DNA of 64,000 bases, from the NCBI GenBank assembly GCA_041640595.1, contig JBEPZY010000007.1:117611-181610 (forward strand), in the 5' to 3' direction. A program made the position numbers and the translations under genes. Below are positions 42,185 through 51,735 of the stretch, one piece after another (the first letter of the stretch is position 1; every line of letters begins with the position of its first letter). Source of the DNA: Gemmatales bacterium. Its GTDB lineage: Bacteria; Planctomycetota; Planctomycetia; Gemmatales; HRBIN36. The notes beneath the pieces are model-generated. The model was not told the origin of the DNA and searched no databases. It worked only from the letters and a program-made list of their open reading frames with translations.

Positions 42185-43426
42185 TTAGGCATGGCGGACC
42201 GCCGGAATTGCTACCGATTGTTCGACGCGCGCGGATACCGCGCACACCGGCACAGCCGCATGTTCTTCCGCCCAGCTGGCTGCCAGATGGCAGGCGAGAC
42301 GGATGGTTCGCTCCAGAGCATCCACCTCGATCAAGCGCAGGTCATCTCGCAAGGTATGCAGATAAAAGGAGTATCCCACCACATCACCCAGGATGCTGAG
42401 GCTGGGTAATTTGCGACCAGCAAAAGGCTGATGGTCCATTCCTGCCCCCAGCACGTGTAACCGTGATGGATGCATACCGAGTTCGCGGGCCCGTTTCTCC
42501 GCCCAATCGAGGGTGGCTGGTGCACCTGAGAGATAGCAACGAGAGCCGGCCCCGACGCTTTCCAGGTTGATCAGTAACGTCGGCATTTCGTTCAACCAGT
42601 TGAGATGGTGTGCCAGAAAATGACGCGCTCCGTCCAGGTCGGTTTCTTCCGCGCTGGTGGCCACCCAGATTGCCTCGACCTGGCGAAGTGACGGGTGTTC
42701 CAGACGAATCTGCTGCTGCCAGAGTTGGGCCAGCGCAAGCAGTGCACCCACACCGGAAGCGTTGTCGAGTGCCCCAGGGCTGCGATTACCAGTGTAATTG
42801 GCCGCGAGTCCGGCCAGACACACAACAATTACCACCGTCAGGATCCAGGGATTGGGAGTTTCCGGCAGCCAGCTCGGCCATAACGGACTCAACCACCACG
42901 CCGTCAATCCCACCAAAGCCCAGGCACAAATCCACACGCTGGTTACCAGCGCCACCCGCAAACCCGTTGGCAAAACCTGCGACTTGGTGTCGTAGTGGGC
43001 CATGAAAACCACCCGCACCGCGGCCGTGGATCGGTTTCGCAAATAGCCGAGGACGTTTTCGCTCCAGGTGCTCGTTGGCAAGTTAGAGCGGCTCGATGGA
43101 GTGGTCAGGCGCCAGGGCTGGTTGACCAGCATCGTTACGCTCGCCCAGGCCAAAAGCGAAACCAGCGGATAAATGTCCAAAGCCAAAGCTCCGACGACGG
43201 CCAGGATTGCGCAGCCAGCAAATAACAACCGATGGTGCCATTCCCGAAAGCTCGCGAAAACCGGAAATTCCTCACGGCGAACCTGCAATCCGGCCTGCCG
43301 CATCTGCGCTTCGATGTAATCCGCGGCCCGGCGTTCGCCTTCAGTGCCGACTCGACGGGGATAACAAAGCTGCTGCACGTGTTGCTTTGCTAGTTCGCCA
43401 TAATTGCACAGCGTTTCAGTTCTCAT
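42185..43426 (-). CDS. M28 family membrane peptidase
   Basis: MAHYDTK, GALDNASGV, SAEE, NLESVG, DHQPF, HTLRD; TM insertions. Confidence 0.85.
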   Translation of the reverse strand: MRTETLCNYGELAKQHVQQLCYPRRVGTEGERRAADYIEAQMRQAGLQVRREEFPVFASFREWHHRLLFAGCAILAVVGALALDIYPLVSLLAWASVTMLVNQPWRLTTPSSRSNLPTSTWSENVLGYLRNRSTAAVRVVFMAHYDTKSQVLPTGLRVALVTSVWICAWALVGLTAWWLSPLWPSWLPETPNPWILTVVIVVCLAGLAANYTGNRSPGALDNASGVGALLALAQLWQQQIRLEHPSLRQVEAIWVATSAEETDLDGARHFLAHHLNWLNEMPTLLINLESVGAGSRCYLSGAPATLDWAEKRARELGMHPSRLHVLGAGMDHQPFAGRKLPSLSILGDVVGYSFYLHTLRDDLRLIEVDALERTIRLACHLAASWAEEHAAVPVCAVSARVEQSVAIPAVRHA

Positions 43427-43761
43427 CCTGTAGGTTCCCGATTCGGTATGCCAGCCCATGTTCTTTTACGAGCCGTAAACGTCTTTAGTATCGCTGGCGA
43501 GGATGCGTTTGGCAAGCCGAAAATGGCCGGCATCTGTCCCGGCCGAATTTTTCGCGCGTTTCTCAATCGCCGTGCAAATACTAAGCACCGTTTTCACCAT
43601 AGATGGGCGATTGCTTGAGTCTGAGGGCACGGGTCCAGGAATCAGGCGTGGGATGTTCAGGGTCGGGCAACGCGGATACTCCCATTTGCAAGTATCGCAC
43701 CAAATTCATAGCTCATGACCAGGCCTGGCTGAAAATTTAGCAAGAGCGTGAAAAATTTTTC

Positions 43762-43791
43762 TTGACGAGGTCGGGCCTTTTCCATAACAAT
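43762..43791 (+). promoter_or_regulatory. Putative sigma70-type promoter
   Basis: A/T tract AAAAATTTTTC, then TTGACG-N17/18-TAACAAT. Confidence 0.5.
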
Positions 43792-43804
43792 GAACGCCAA
43801 ACTT

Positions 43805-43874
43805 AGGGCTCCTTGCCTTGCGCGCCGAAATTCGAGCCCTGTTTCGAATTGGTCGGAACAGGGTTTTTTGTTTT
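43805..43874 (+). promoter_or_regulatory. Putative transcription attenuator (antiterminator helix overlapping an intrinsic terminator)
   Basis: Terminator stem 43837-43847/43853-43863 plus TTTTTTGTTTT. AGGGCTC (43805-43811) is complementary to GAGCCCT (43834-43840). Confidence 0.55.
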
Positions 43875-43894
43875 GGGAGAGGAATGAGGAACGG

Positions 43895-44515
43895 ATGAGA
43901 GCTATGCCAAGCAGCCTGAAAACATCTGGGAGCGACGCCCTGAATGGCCAGGCTCGGAGCATCACCAACGGTCACGCGAGCAATGCAGGAAACGGTTGGG
44001 ACGCGGCAAAATGGGTACCGCCAGTCCCGCCTCGCTTTCTGGTAGCGCTGTTCCGCCGCGACCCGAGCAAGGACACCCGTACAGACCGCCGTGTCTTTGA
44101 GGGTTATCAAATATGCTGGCCCGATGGCGAGCCAGCCAGCATCAGTTTGGAGCGTTTCTGCCAGCTGGGGTGCCGTTTGCTTGGTCTGGGTAAGCGCATG
44201 CAGGGTAAGGAAGAGCAGCTCGTCGAAATGGGAGTCTATCCGCTGCCGGAAGGTTTGGAAGCGCCCCTGACCCCAACGCCGCCCGGTGTCCGTTGCCGCA
44301 GGTTTTACCTGATGCGGGAAAATGGCCTGGCTCGCGTTTACTTCTTCAACGGTAGCCCGACTGAGGTCTGCTTCGATATCGAACACGATGATCCGCGAGT
44401 ATTGGAATGGATTGGCGCTTCAGACCTTCCGCTGGGGGAACAGCGGTGGTTTGACTTCACCGCTCGTACTCTGGAAGCCCCTTCTGAACAGCGCAACGGC
44501 CAGACCTCAGGGTAA
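43895..44515 (+). CDS. Hypothetical protein
   Basis: Globular-looking ORF with purine-rich RBS (GAGAGGAATGAGGA). Start at 43895 or 43904. Confidence 0.75.
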   Translation: MRAMPSSLKTSGSDALNGQARSITNGHASNAGNGWDAAKWVPPVPPRFLVALFRRDPSKDTRTDRRVFEGYQICWPDGEPASISLERFCQLGCRLLGLGKRMQGKEEQLVEMGVYPLPEGLEAPLTPTPPGVRCRRFYLMRENGLARVYFFNGSPTEVCFDIEHDDPRVLEWIGASDLPLGEQRWFDFTARTLEAPSEQRNGQTSG

Positions 44516-45600
44516 AGGACGAATGTCGCGCGCAGTTACGATTTCAGCCCGAAGGTCACCGCGATAAACCGGCCGGGTTCCGTACACTTCTACGCTTCTG
44601 TGGATCAAGGCTTGCCACTTTGCCGAATCCTGCCCAGACACGTAGCAGCGCAAGCGGCCCAGATGATCTTCCAGGTAGTAGAGTGGTTGGCCATGCTCGA
44701 AGTAGGCCGACCGGCGAAGAATACCGCATACGCGATAAGATGCGTCCATTTGATCGTTTTTCACTCCCGATGATGCCGTGCTGCCTGGTTTGTCGGTGTG
44801 AGTCGGCCTGTCCGGCAACGTAAAGCCGGGCGATGGGCTTTGAAACGCTGCGGGTTGAACGTGCTGAATATCCGGACGGTTATTTCGGGAGCCCATTCCC
44901 GTTCGCGTAAACGGATAAATTCCAGCCGATTCATGGCTTCCCAGCGCATGGAAGCATCGCCGACTTCGTTGAGTGCCTCGTAGAGTCGTTTGGCCTCGCG
45001 AAAGTCGCCGGTTTCACAACCACGCCGATAGGCTTGTTCAGCCTGCTGGCGAAGTTCGGCAAGGGGGATGCCCGTAACAGTTCGGGGCTGGGAACTCGAG
45101 TTTCCCTGGTGGACCAGGGGTTGTGATAATGCTATTGCTGACCTGGGGACATAGCGTTTTTCGCCAACTGGTTCAATGCGATAAACAGCCAACTCTTCTT
45201 GCCCCGCGATAATCCGCTCCTGGCCGAGAATTCGTACCAGGGTACCCGGTGCCAACCGGACCCCTTGCGTGCTGCATTTGGCTTCCATCTGACTTCCGAT
45301 GAATGTGCTCACGGACTCTTGCACAACGCCGACGGACGTTTCCCCGGGCACCGGTCGAATAGCCTTACAGGGAACGTAACTGAAACTGCCATCCGGGGGA
45401 CGAATGGCATAGAAGTCTCCTTCTTCGGCCAGCACGGTTACCGTCTGGCCTGGCTCGAGACTGGCGGTAGGGTAAAAAGGAGGGATGCTGCCGGGCCCGC
45501 TTTGTACCAGGACAGGGCGAATCACCGTGCCGATGGTTTGCGGCCATGCTGGGCTGGCCGTGATTAGCACCAGAATTGTGGCGACGACCCGTTTGCACAT
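44507..45600 (-). pseudogene. Secreted SH3-like domain protein split by an apparent 1-nt frameshift near 44892-44894 (may be a sequencing error)
   Basis: ORF 45600-44761 has a signal peptide and VQSGPG...FYAIRPPDGSFSYV. ORF 44896-44507 overlaps it in another frame. Adding one G to TGGG joins them as ...REREW-GSRNN... Confidence 0.65.
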
Positions 45601-45769
45601 ACGGTTTTCCCACTGTCATTCAGCTGTGCCTTCTATTTCTCATTCGGCATTTGGCCTGGTGATCGGTTTGGGCAACTAGTGTTGGAGTGCATATAATCGC
45701 TGACATTAGCCGTGCAAAGACCACGAGGCCTACGCGAATGCTTCAGGTCGCCGCAGCGGAGCAGCAGCG

Positions 45770-46468
45770 ATGCTGGATTTCACCTACGAAAGCATAGCCA
45801 GGATGATTGACCACTCGCTGTTACACCCAAAATTGACGGACGCCGAACTGGAGGCTGGTTGTTTGCTGGCACGCGAATATGGCGTGGCTTCCGTGTGTAT
45901 CAAGCCTTACGCTGTGCCACTGGCCAGTCGTATTTTGGCAGGTTCGTCTGTCGCCGTAGGTACCACCGTGGGCTTTCCTCACGGCGGACACGCTACTCTA
46001 ACCAAGGTGGTCGAAGCTGAGACAGCCATCCGTGACGGTGCCCGCGAACTCGACATGGTCGTCAATATCGGCAAAGTCCTTAGCCGCGACTGGGATTATG
46101 TTCGCCGAGATATTGCGGCGGTGGTCGAGGCTGCCCACGCGCTGGGGGCGATCGTCAAGGTGATCTTCGAAAATTCGTTCCTTCAGGACGAACATAAGAT
46201 TCGACTTTGCGAAATTTGCGGCGAAGTAGGTGCGGACTTTGTCAAGACTGCGACCGGTTACGGCGAAGGTGGTGCTACGGATGAAGATTTGCGTCTGATG
46301 CGTCAACATAGCCCGCCGCATGTGCAGGTAAAAGCAGCGGGGGGAATCCGTACGCTGGACCGTCTTCTGGCAGTGCGTGCCTTAGGAGTAACGCGTGTCG
46401 GCGCGACCGCGACCAAAGCGATCCTCGATGAGTGCAAACTTCGCCTCGCCGCTGCCCAGTCAGGTTGA
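45770..46468 (+). CDS. deoC: Deoxyribose-phosphate aldolase
   Basis: IDHSLL, VGFPHG, ELDMVVN, VKVIFE, FVKTATG, VKAAGGIR. Confidence 0.95.
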   Translation: MLDFTYESIARMIDHSLLHPKLTDAELEAGCLLAREYGVASVCIKPYAVPLASRILAGSSVAVGTTVGFPHGGHATLTKVVEAETAIRDGARELDMVVNIGKVLSRDWDYVRRDIAAVVEAAHALGAIVKVIFENSFLQDEHKIRLCEICGEVGADFVKTATGYGEGGATDEDLRLMRQHSPPHVQVKAAGGIRTLDRLLAVRALGVTRVGATATKAILDECKLRLAAAQSG

Positions 46469-47188
46469 AGGCTGCCATACTTCGTCTCGTTAGCCGTGGT
46501 TGAAACATGCTCACAGAACTGCTGCGTCAGATGCGGGGCGTGGTAGTAATGTTCCTCTACCCCGGTAGGATGTTCCAGGAAGGCATGGGAACCCTTTTAC
46601 TGGGACCGCTGCGACCTGCAAGGTTTGTATTCGTACTTACGCCCAACTTCGCCCGAATCTTTTTCTTGGCACCGCTGCGATTCGGAGCACGGCCAGTAAG
46701 AGTTTTTGAGTTGCCGCCTGGTGATGCGTGGCTGCGGTTGAGTTGGTTTCGCTGGGCCAGGCCTTCGCCAAATCTTCGCTAGTTGGAACAGGCGGCACGG
46801 CTGCGGATGTTGATGGCCCGCGTTTTGCTATCCTGGTTGCCAATGCAGCCAGGCGGCAACGCGAGTTTAGCCGTAGCAAAGTCGGTTTGCGGGGGCATGC
46901 TGGTCTCAGCCGAACCGCGCACCTGTTCCCGGTGGGCAGACGGACGCGGCTTTGCGTTGGTGAATCAGAGAATAGCGCAGCCCCTTCGGTTCTGTAACGG
47001 TCTTGTAACTATGCCGCAGCTGGGCAGTAGCTTCGGGAACCGACGCATAGCGCAGTCCTCTTTGCCCGTGCAGCGCTGAACCTGGTCGGCATCTCCGCTT
47101 CGATTACGCAAGCGGGTTCGCGGGCATTTGTTGCGCGGCAGGCAACCGACAAAAGAGTCGCCAGCCAGTTCAGTTCGAGAGAACGCTG

Positions 47189-49396
47189 TTACAAGCCGAC
47201 GTTGAAAGTGGTGGCCAGGTATCGGCGAATGCGCCAGTACAGGGTGTAATTGCCAACCTCAATTTTGACCCGCCCCAGGACGCCGGGATGCATGCAATCC
47301 TCCACCTCGTCAAACCGGACACTCACCAGATAATGTTGCCGTTGCGGTCGCAACACTTTTTCCTCCGGGTCTTCCTGGGTAGGGATTTCGCCGCCGGCTT
47401 TGTTGCTCAGTTGTGGTGGAACGTCCTTGGCTTCGACGGCGGCAATTTCAGAGACCGTGCCACGCCAGTAGTTGTACCCCAGACCGTGCAAGCGAATCCA
47501 GGCCTTCTGGCCTTCGACGACCAGTGCCCGGTCGTGTGGCTCGACCAGGAGAACTGCCGACAGGGCACGGTCATTAATCACTTCGCAAATCAAGGTGCCT
47601 GGTTCGAGCAACTTGCCCAGTTGCGAACGGGGCAAAAGCTGAGCGATTTTGCCATCGCGCGGGGCCCGGACAACCAAACGTTCCAGGCGGATCTGCAGTT
47701 CTTTTCTCTCCTGTTCGAGTTGTGCCAGTTCGTCCTCGATGCGTGCTTGCTCTTGTTGCAGGAGGTTGGTCAGCAGCGGTTGAATAAACCGCTGAGCCAG
47801 CACACTGTACAATTGTTGCCGGTAGGCCTCCCGCGAAGCCTGGTTGAGAGCGAGTTTGCTGAGTAACTCAGGGTTTTTCAGTCGGGCGATGATGTCGCCT
47901 CGCTGCACCTGCTGGCCGTCTTCCACGCAAATCTCATCCAGAAACGCTCCCTCTTCCGGAGCTACAACCTTCGCCCGGGCGTGGGGTTCAACCTGAACCA
48001 GGGCCAGCCCTTTCACTCGCAACGGAAAGGGTATGAGGAAAACGGCCAGGATAGCCGCTACGGCGACCGCAACGCTGATAGTTACCCGCAGTGGTTTCAT
48101 ATCCGGCAACCTCCCTCGCCGTTTCACGGCACGAATCAGCCGGTAGGTTGGATAACCTACCAGACTGGCCAGCGCTCCGGTTCCCAGAATGAAGCTGATT
48201 ACCCCAAGTTTATATGGCTTCAGGAAAGTGTACATGAATACGAGAATGACGAACGTTACGAACCAGCGGTACAGGTAGCTGACGATGGCGTAGGTAACGA
48301 ACAGGATTTTGCGGCCGAGATTCATCTGGTACGGTTCAGGAGGCACGTCAATGCCGAGGCAATATTGCATCGCCAGGTTGGTCAAATAACGGTTGGAACG
48401 TTCGCGCAGATTCGGGATTTCCAGCCAGTCAGCAAGCACATAGTAACCGTCGAAACGCATCAGCGGATTGCCATTGAAAACCACGGTGCTGATGCTGCAC
48501 AGCACCATAATGGTGAGGCAAAGGTTACTCAAAAATGTGTTTGGTTCGGACCACCACCACAGGTAGGTACACAGTGCGGCGATCATGACTTCGACGTAGA
48601 TGCCTGCCGCACCGATGATCATGCGATGCCATTTGTTCGGCAACAACCACGCGTCGGTAACGTTGCAATACAGGCAGGGGGAAAAACACAGGAACAAAAA
48701 CCCCATTTCGTGCACTTCGCCTCCGTAGTGCTTGCAGCTCAAACCGTGTCCGAACTCGTGAATGACCTTAATCACCCCAAGCGACGCCCAGGCATAGAGG
48801 ACTGTCTTGAAGCTGAAAAATTCGTGGTAAGCCGGCAGGCGGCTCAGAAAAGTATCCCAGTGCGAGGCCACCAGCAAAATGGCCGACAAGACGAATAAAA
48901 CACTGAACACAAAAAACGGCGTGGTAAAAATAAAACGCACATACGGTAACATCCGATCCAAAAGCCGATCCGGGTCAATCACCGGTATTTGGATGTACAG
49001 GATGTTCGTAAGGATTCGCAGTAAAGTGGCCCGGCGACGTTTGCGGTAGCGCGTGAACATGGTGCGACCGGAGCCGGGCATATCATTGAGTGCCAGGCCG
49101 GTCTCCATCAACTGGCTGGCAAACTGTTCGAGTTCTTCCAGGGTCAACCGCTGCGGGCGATAACGGGCTTCAAACAACTGGCGAGCATCTTCCAGGGTGT
49201 GCTGGCCATCCATGAGCCGCATCAAGAAATATTCCGGCTCGCGGAAACGGTAATATCGCAGGCTCACAGGGTCTTTGACGACATAATAGATGCGGCCTTC
49301 GTAACGCTGTTCGGTGATCACCAGGTCCGGCCGGAGCTTGACCCGTACCAGCTTGCGGCGTTCGACTTCGTTGACAGCTGCGGGTGTGCTGCTCAT
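47189..49396 (-). CDS. Site-2 protease (M50)-HlyD fusion with PqqD-like N-terminal domain
   Basis: KDPVSLRYYRF...MDGQHTLED; zinc motif IHEFGH; NGNPLMRFDGYY; lipoyl-like VEDGQQVQRGD, coiled coil, RAPRDG. Confidence 0.85.
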   Translation of the reverse strand: MSSTPAAVNEVERRKLVRVKLRPDLVITEQRYEGRIYYVVKDPVSLRYYRFREPEYFLMRLMDGQHTLEDARQLFEARYRPQRLTLEELEQFASQLMETGLALNDMPGSGRTMFTRYRKRRRATLLRILTNILYIQIPVIDPDRLLDRMLPYVRFIFTTPFFVFSVLFVLSAILLVASHWDTFLSRLPAYHEFFSFKTVLYAWASLGVIKVIHEFGHGLSCKHYGGEVHEMGFLFLCFSPCLYCNVTDAWLLPNKWHRMIIGAAGIYVEVMIAALCTYLWWWSEPNTFLSNLCLTIMVLCSISTVVFNGNPLMRFDGYYVLADWLEIPNLRERSNRYLTNLAMQYCLGIDVPPEPYQMNLGRKILFVTYAIVSYLYRWFVTFVILVFMYTFLKPYKLGVISFILGTGALASLVGYPTYRLIRAVKRRGRLPDMKPLRVTISVAVAVAAILAVFLIPFPLRVKGLALVQVEPHARAKVVAPEEGAFLDEICVEDGQQVQRGDIIARLKNPELLSKLALNQASREAYRQQLYSVLAQRFIQPLLTNLLQQEQARIEDELAQLEQERKELQIRLERLVVRAPRDGKIAQLLPRSQLGKLLEPGTLICEVINDRALSAVLLVEPHDRALVVEGQKAWIRLHGLGYNYWRGTVSEIAAVEAKDVPPQLSNKAGGEIPTQEDPEEKVLRPQRQHYLVSVRFDEVEDCMHPGVLGRVKIEVGNYTLYWRIRRYLATTFNVGL

Positions 49397-49467
49397 ATCG
49401 GTTTAGACTGGCTTGCGATAATCACAAAAGGCTCGCTGGTTCGGCACCAAAGCTGGCGATCGGTGCC

Positions 49468-51717
49468 TTACGGGACGAATTCCGGAAACATGGTAACGGT
49501 CACGCGTGTTCCGGGGAGCAGGCGTGAAGCATGTCGCTGGGGGTTATGCATTTCGGCACGGATTCGCACCAGGCCTGCACCGCTCTCGACTTGCTGGCCG
49601 ACAAAAATGAGCCTGCCTTCGAGGGGTCGGATGCATTCTTCCACAGGCGGAGTGGGCCAGACGCGGATGACTTTATCACTTCCGCCGGTAAAGCAGAATC
49701 GGCCATCGGGAGAAAATGCCGCGCAGGTGACCGTAGATGGATCGGGCATGGTGAAGACCCGCAGCTCGCGGGAGTCCACGGGCCACAGTTCAGGGATCTG
49801 TGTCGTCGGTTCGTCGTGCCAGACAGGCAGCGGAGGGGTCGCCGGATCGCTGACCAGAAGATGAGCACCACCTTCAGTAGCAGGCGGATCTGGCAAAGCG
49901 GGGCCGAGCCAACCCGGCAATTGTTGCGCTCCATGAGGCGTCAAAGCCGCGGACAAAACTCCGAATGCAAAGGTTGTGTTGTATTTGAAACCGCGCTGAT
50001 ACGCCAAACGTAGCCAGGCCGACTCTTCCTGGGTGGGGGGCACATTCCAGAGGTGCAGTCGGCCACTCGCAGTGGTTGTCAACACCATGCGATTGTCCGG
50101 GGAAAACAACGCTACCGAACGGAACTGGCCCAGCCGACGACTGGAAATGACGGCCAGGGTTTGGGCATCGTTTAAATCAAGAATGCGCAGCTCCTCGCCG
50201 GTTTCAAACAGGCCGCGTTTGCCGTCTCGACTGATGCCCAGTTGCGAAATATCGGCGGTGCGCCCTTCTGCACGCCAGACCAGTTCGCCGGCCCACTGAC
50301 CGTTGGCATCCTTCCCAAGGCGCCACCGAGCCAGCGTGCGATCCTGACCGGCAGAAACCAGGTCGCCCTCGGGCAAGAAATTCAAACTGGTAACCGCCGC
50401 CCGGTGAGCCGGTTCACGATGCGCTTTGGCGTCCCGCAGGTTCAGGATTGGTTGAGCGGTTTCCAAACTCGTGAGCACAATCTCGCCATCTTCCGAACCG
50501 CTGGCGAGCAGAGCATTGTCGGGGCTAATTGCCAGGCACCGAATCGGCGCACGGTGCAGCGGGGTGACTTCGCCAAATACTGTCAGCGTCTGTTTCTGCA
50601 ACCGTCCTTGAGATGACACGGTCAGCTGCCAGCGGCGAATGCGCCCATCAGCCCCGCCGACCAGAACGGTGTAGGTGACATCCTGTCCTGCTTTTCCAAT
50701 GACCGGGCTGCAGACCAGTCCGGCAAATTCCCGAGAAAACTTGGGATCGCGTAGCTCGATGGGGCGTTGTGCGGAAAATTGCCAGTCCCATAACACCACT
50801 CGCCCATCTTCGCCGCAGGATAAAAGGAATCGGCCATCGGGAGTGGTCGTTATGCCGGTTATCGTACCCGTGTGGCCACGTAATTCCCGCAACCAGCCTT
50901 GTGGTCGCTCAGGTTCCACCAGCACGCGCATGCCTGGCCTGACAAGAGCACGCATCGGTAGCGGAATGGCAGCTTCCACGTACAGGCGATCGTAGTTAGC
51001 GATGTGAACAATAGTTTCGCCCGCTTTCACGCCTTCGCCGGTGTTCTTGAAAATCCGTGTTACTTCGCCAGGAATCGGGCTGCGAACCTGGTGCAATTCC
51101 CACAAGCGGCGTTTCTGTTCGAATTCTTGCCGGGCCGCTCGCAGTTTCTCACTATTGGCCACCCACTCGAAATAGTATTTATCACGCTGAGCTTCCTGGA
51201 TGCGCAACTCGATGAGCGGTACGGTACCCGGATTACGGCGGTTGGCTTCCAGGGATTTTTCCACGTACAGTTTGTAAACTTCGTACACGAGTTTGGCGCC
51301 TTCTACTTCAGCGGTGTTTTCCGCACGAATGCGGGCAATCTCCATTTCCGGCCGGGCCACCGTATCATCGAGCTGAGCAATGAGACTGCCGGCAGACAGG
51401 CGGTCTCCTAAACGGACATACAGTTGCACTAACTGGCCATCCACGCGCGAGGGCACCTCGGCTTCCTGTACCGGCGCCAGGGTGGCGTCGGTTACCACGA
51501 TCGGATCGGGCAAAATAGCCGATACCGATCCGCTAATCCTCAGGGCAGCGGGGGGATGGGTTTGGTAGGGTGTAGCGATGGCAGGCGGCCGGTTTTCGGC
51601 ACTACCGGTGTTCGATCCGCCTGGCTGTTCGGTTGACCAGGACAATAGCCCGGTCATCCACAAAACACTCAAAGTCAACGCGACCACAGCCAGCAGGGCT
51701 AAAATGAACCGCAGCAT
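49468..51717 (-). CDS. HlyD-like membrane-fusion protein with inserted WD40 propeller
   Basis: N-terminal TM; VPSRVDGQL..VRLGD; RSPIPGEV; WD repeats (GHTGTIT..VVLWD, HRAPIRCLAISPD, FSPDG..IRVW); MFP tail GRLIFVGQQVESGAGLVRIRAE..LLPG. Confidence 0.85.
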   Translation of the reverse strand: MLRFILALLAVVALTLSVLWMTGLLSWSTEQPGGSNTGSAENRPPAIATPYQTHPPAALRISGSVSAILPDPIVVTDATLAPVQEAEVPSRVDGQLVQLYVRLGDRLSAGSLIAQLDDTVARPEMEIARIRAENTAEVEGAKLVYEVYKLYVEKSLEANRRNPGTVPLIELRIQEAQRDKYYFEWVANSEKLRAARQEFEQKRRLWELHQVRSPIPGEVTRIFKNTGEGVKAGETIVHIANYDRLYVEAAIPLPMRALVRPGMRVLVEPERPQGWLRELRGHTGTITGITTTPDGRFLLSCGEDGRVVLWDWQFSAQRPIELRDPKFSREFAGLVCSPVIGKAGQDVTYTVLVGGADGRIRRWQLTVSSQGRLQKQTLTVFGEVTPLHRAPIRCLAISPDNALLASGSEDGEIVLTSLETAQPILNLRDAKAHREPAHRAAVTSLNFLPEGDLVSAGQDRTLARWRLGKDANGQWAGELVWRAEGRTADISQLGISRDGKRGLFETGEELRILDLNDAQTLAVISSRRLGQFRSVALFSPDNRMVLTTTASGRLHLWNVPPTQEESAWLRLAYQRGFKYNTTFAFGVLSAALTPHGAQQLPGWLGPALPDPPATEGGAHLLVSDPATPPLPVWHDEPTTQIPELWPVDSRELRVFTMPDPSTVTCAAFSPDGRFCFTGGSDKVIRVWPTPPVEECIRPLEGRLIFVGQQVESGAGLVRIRAEMHNPQRHASRLLPGTRVTVTMFPEFVP

Positions 51718-51735
51718 GGCTTTCAGCTCCTTGCA

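Noticed and set aside
46507..46782. 91-aa ORF after deoC
   Set aside because: No clear RBS, no recognisable motif and atypical composition; not supportable as a CDS.
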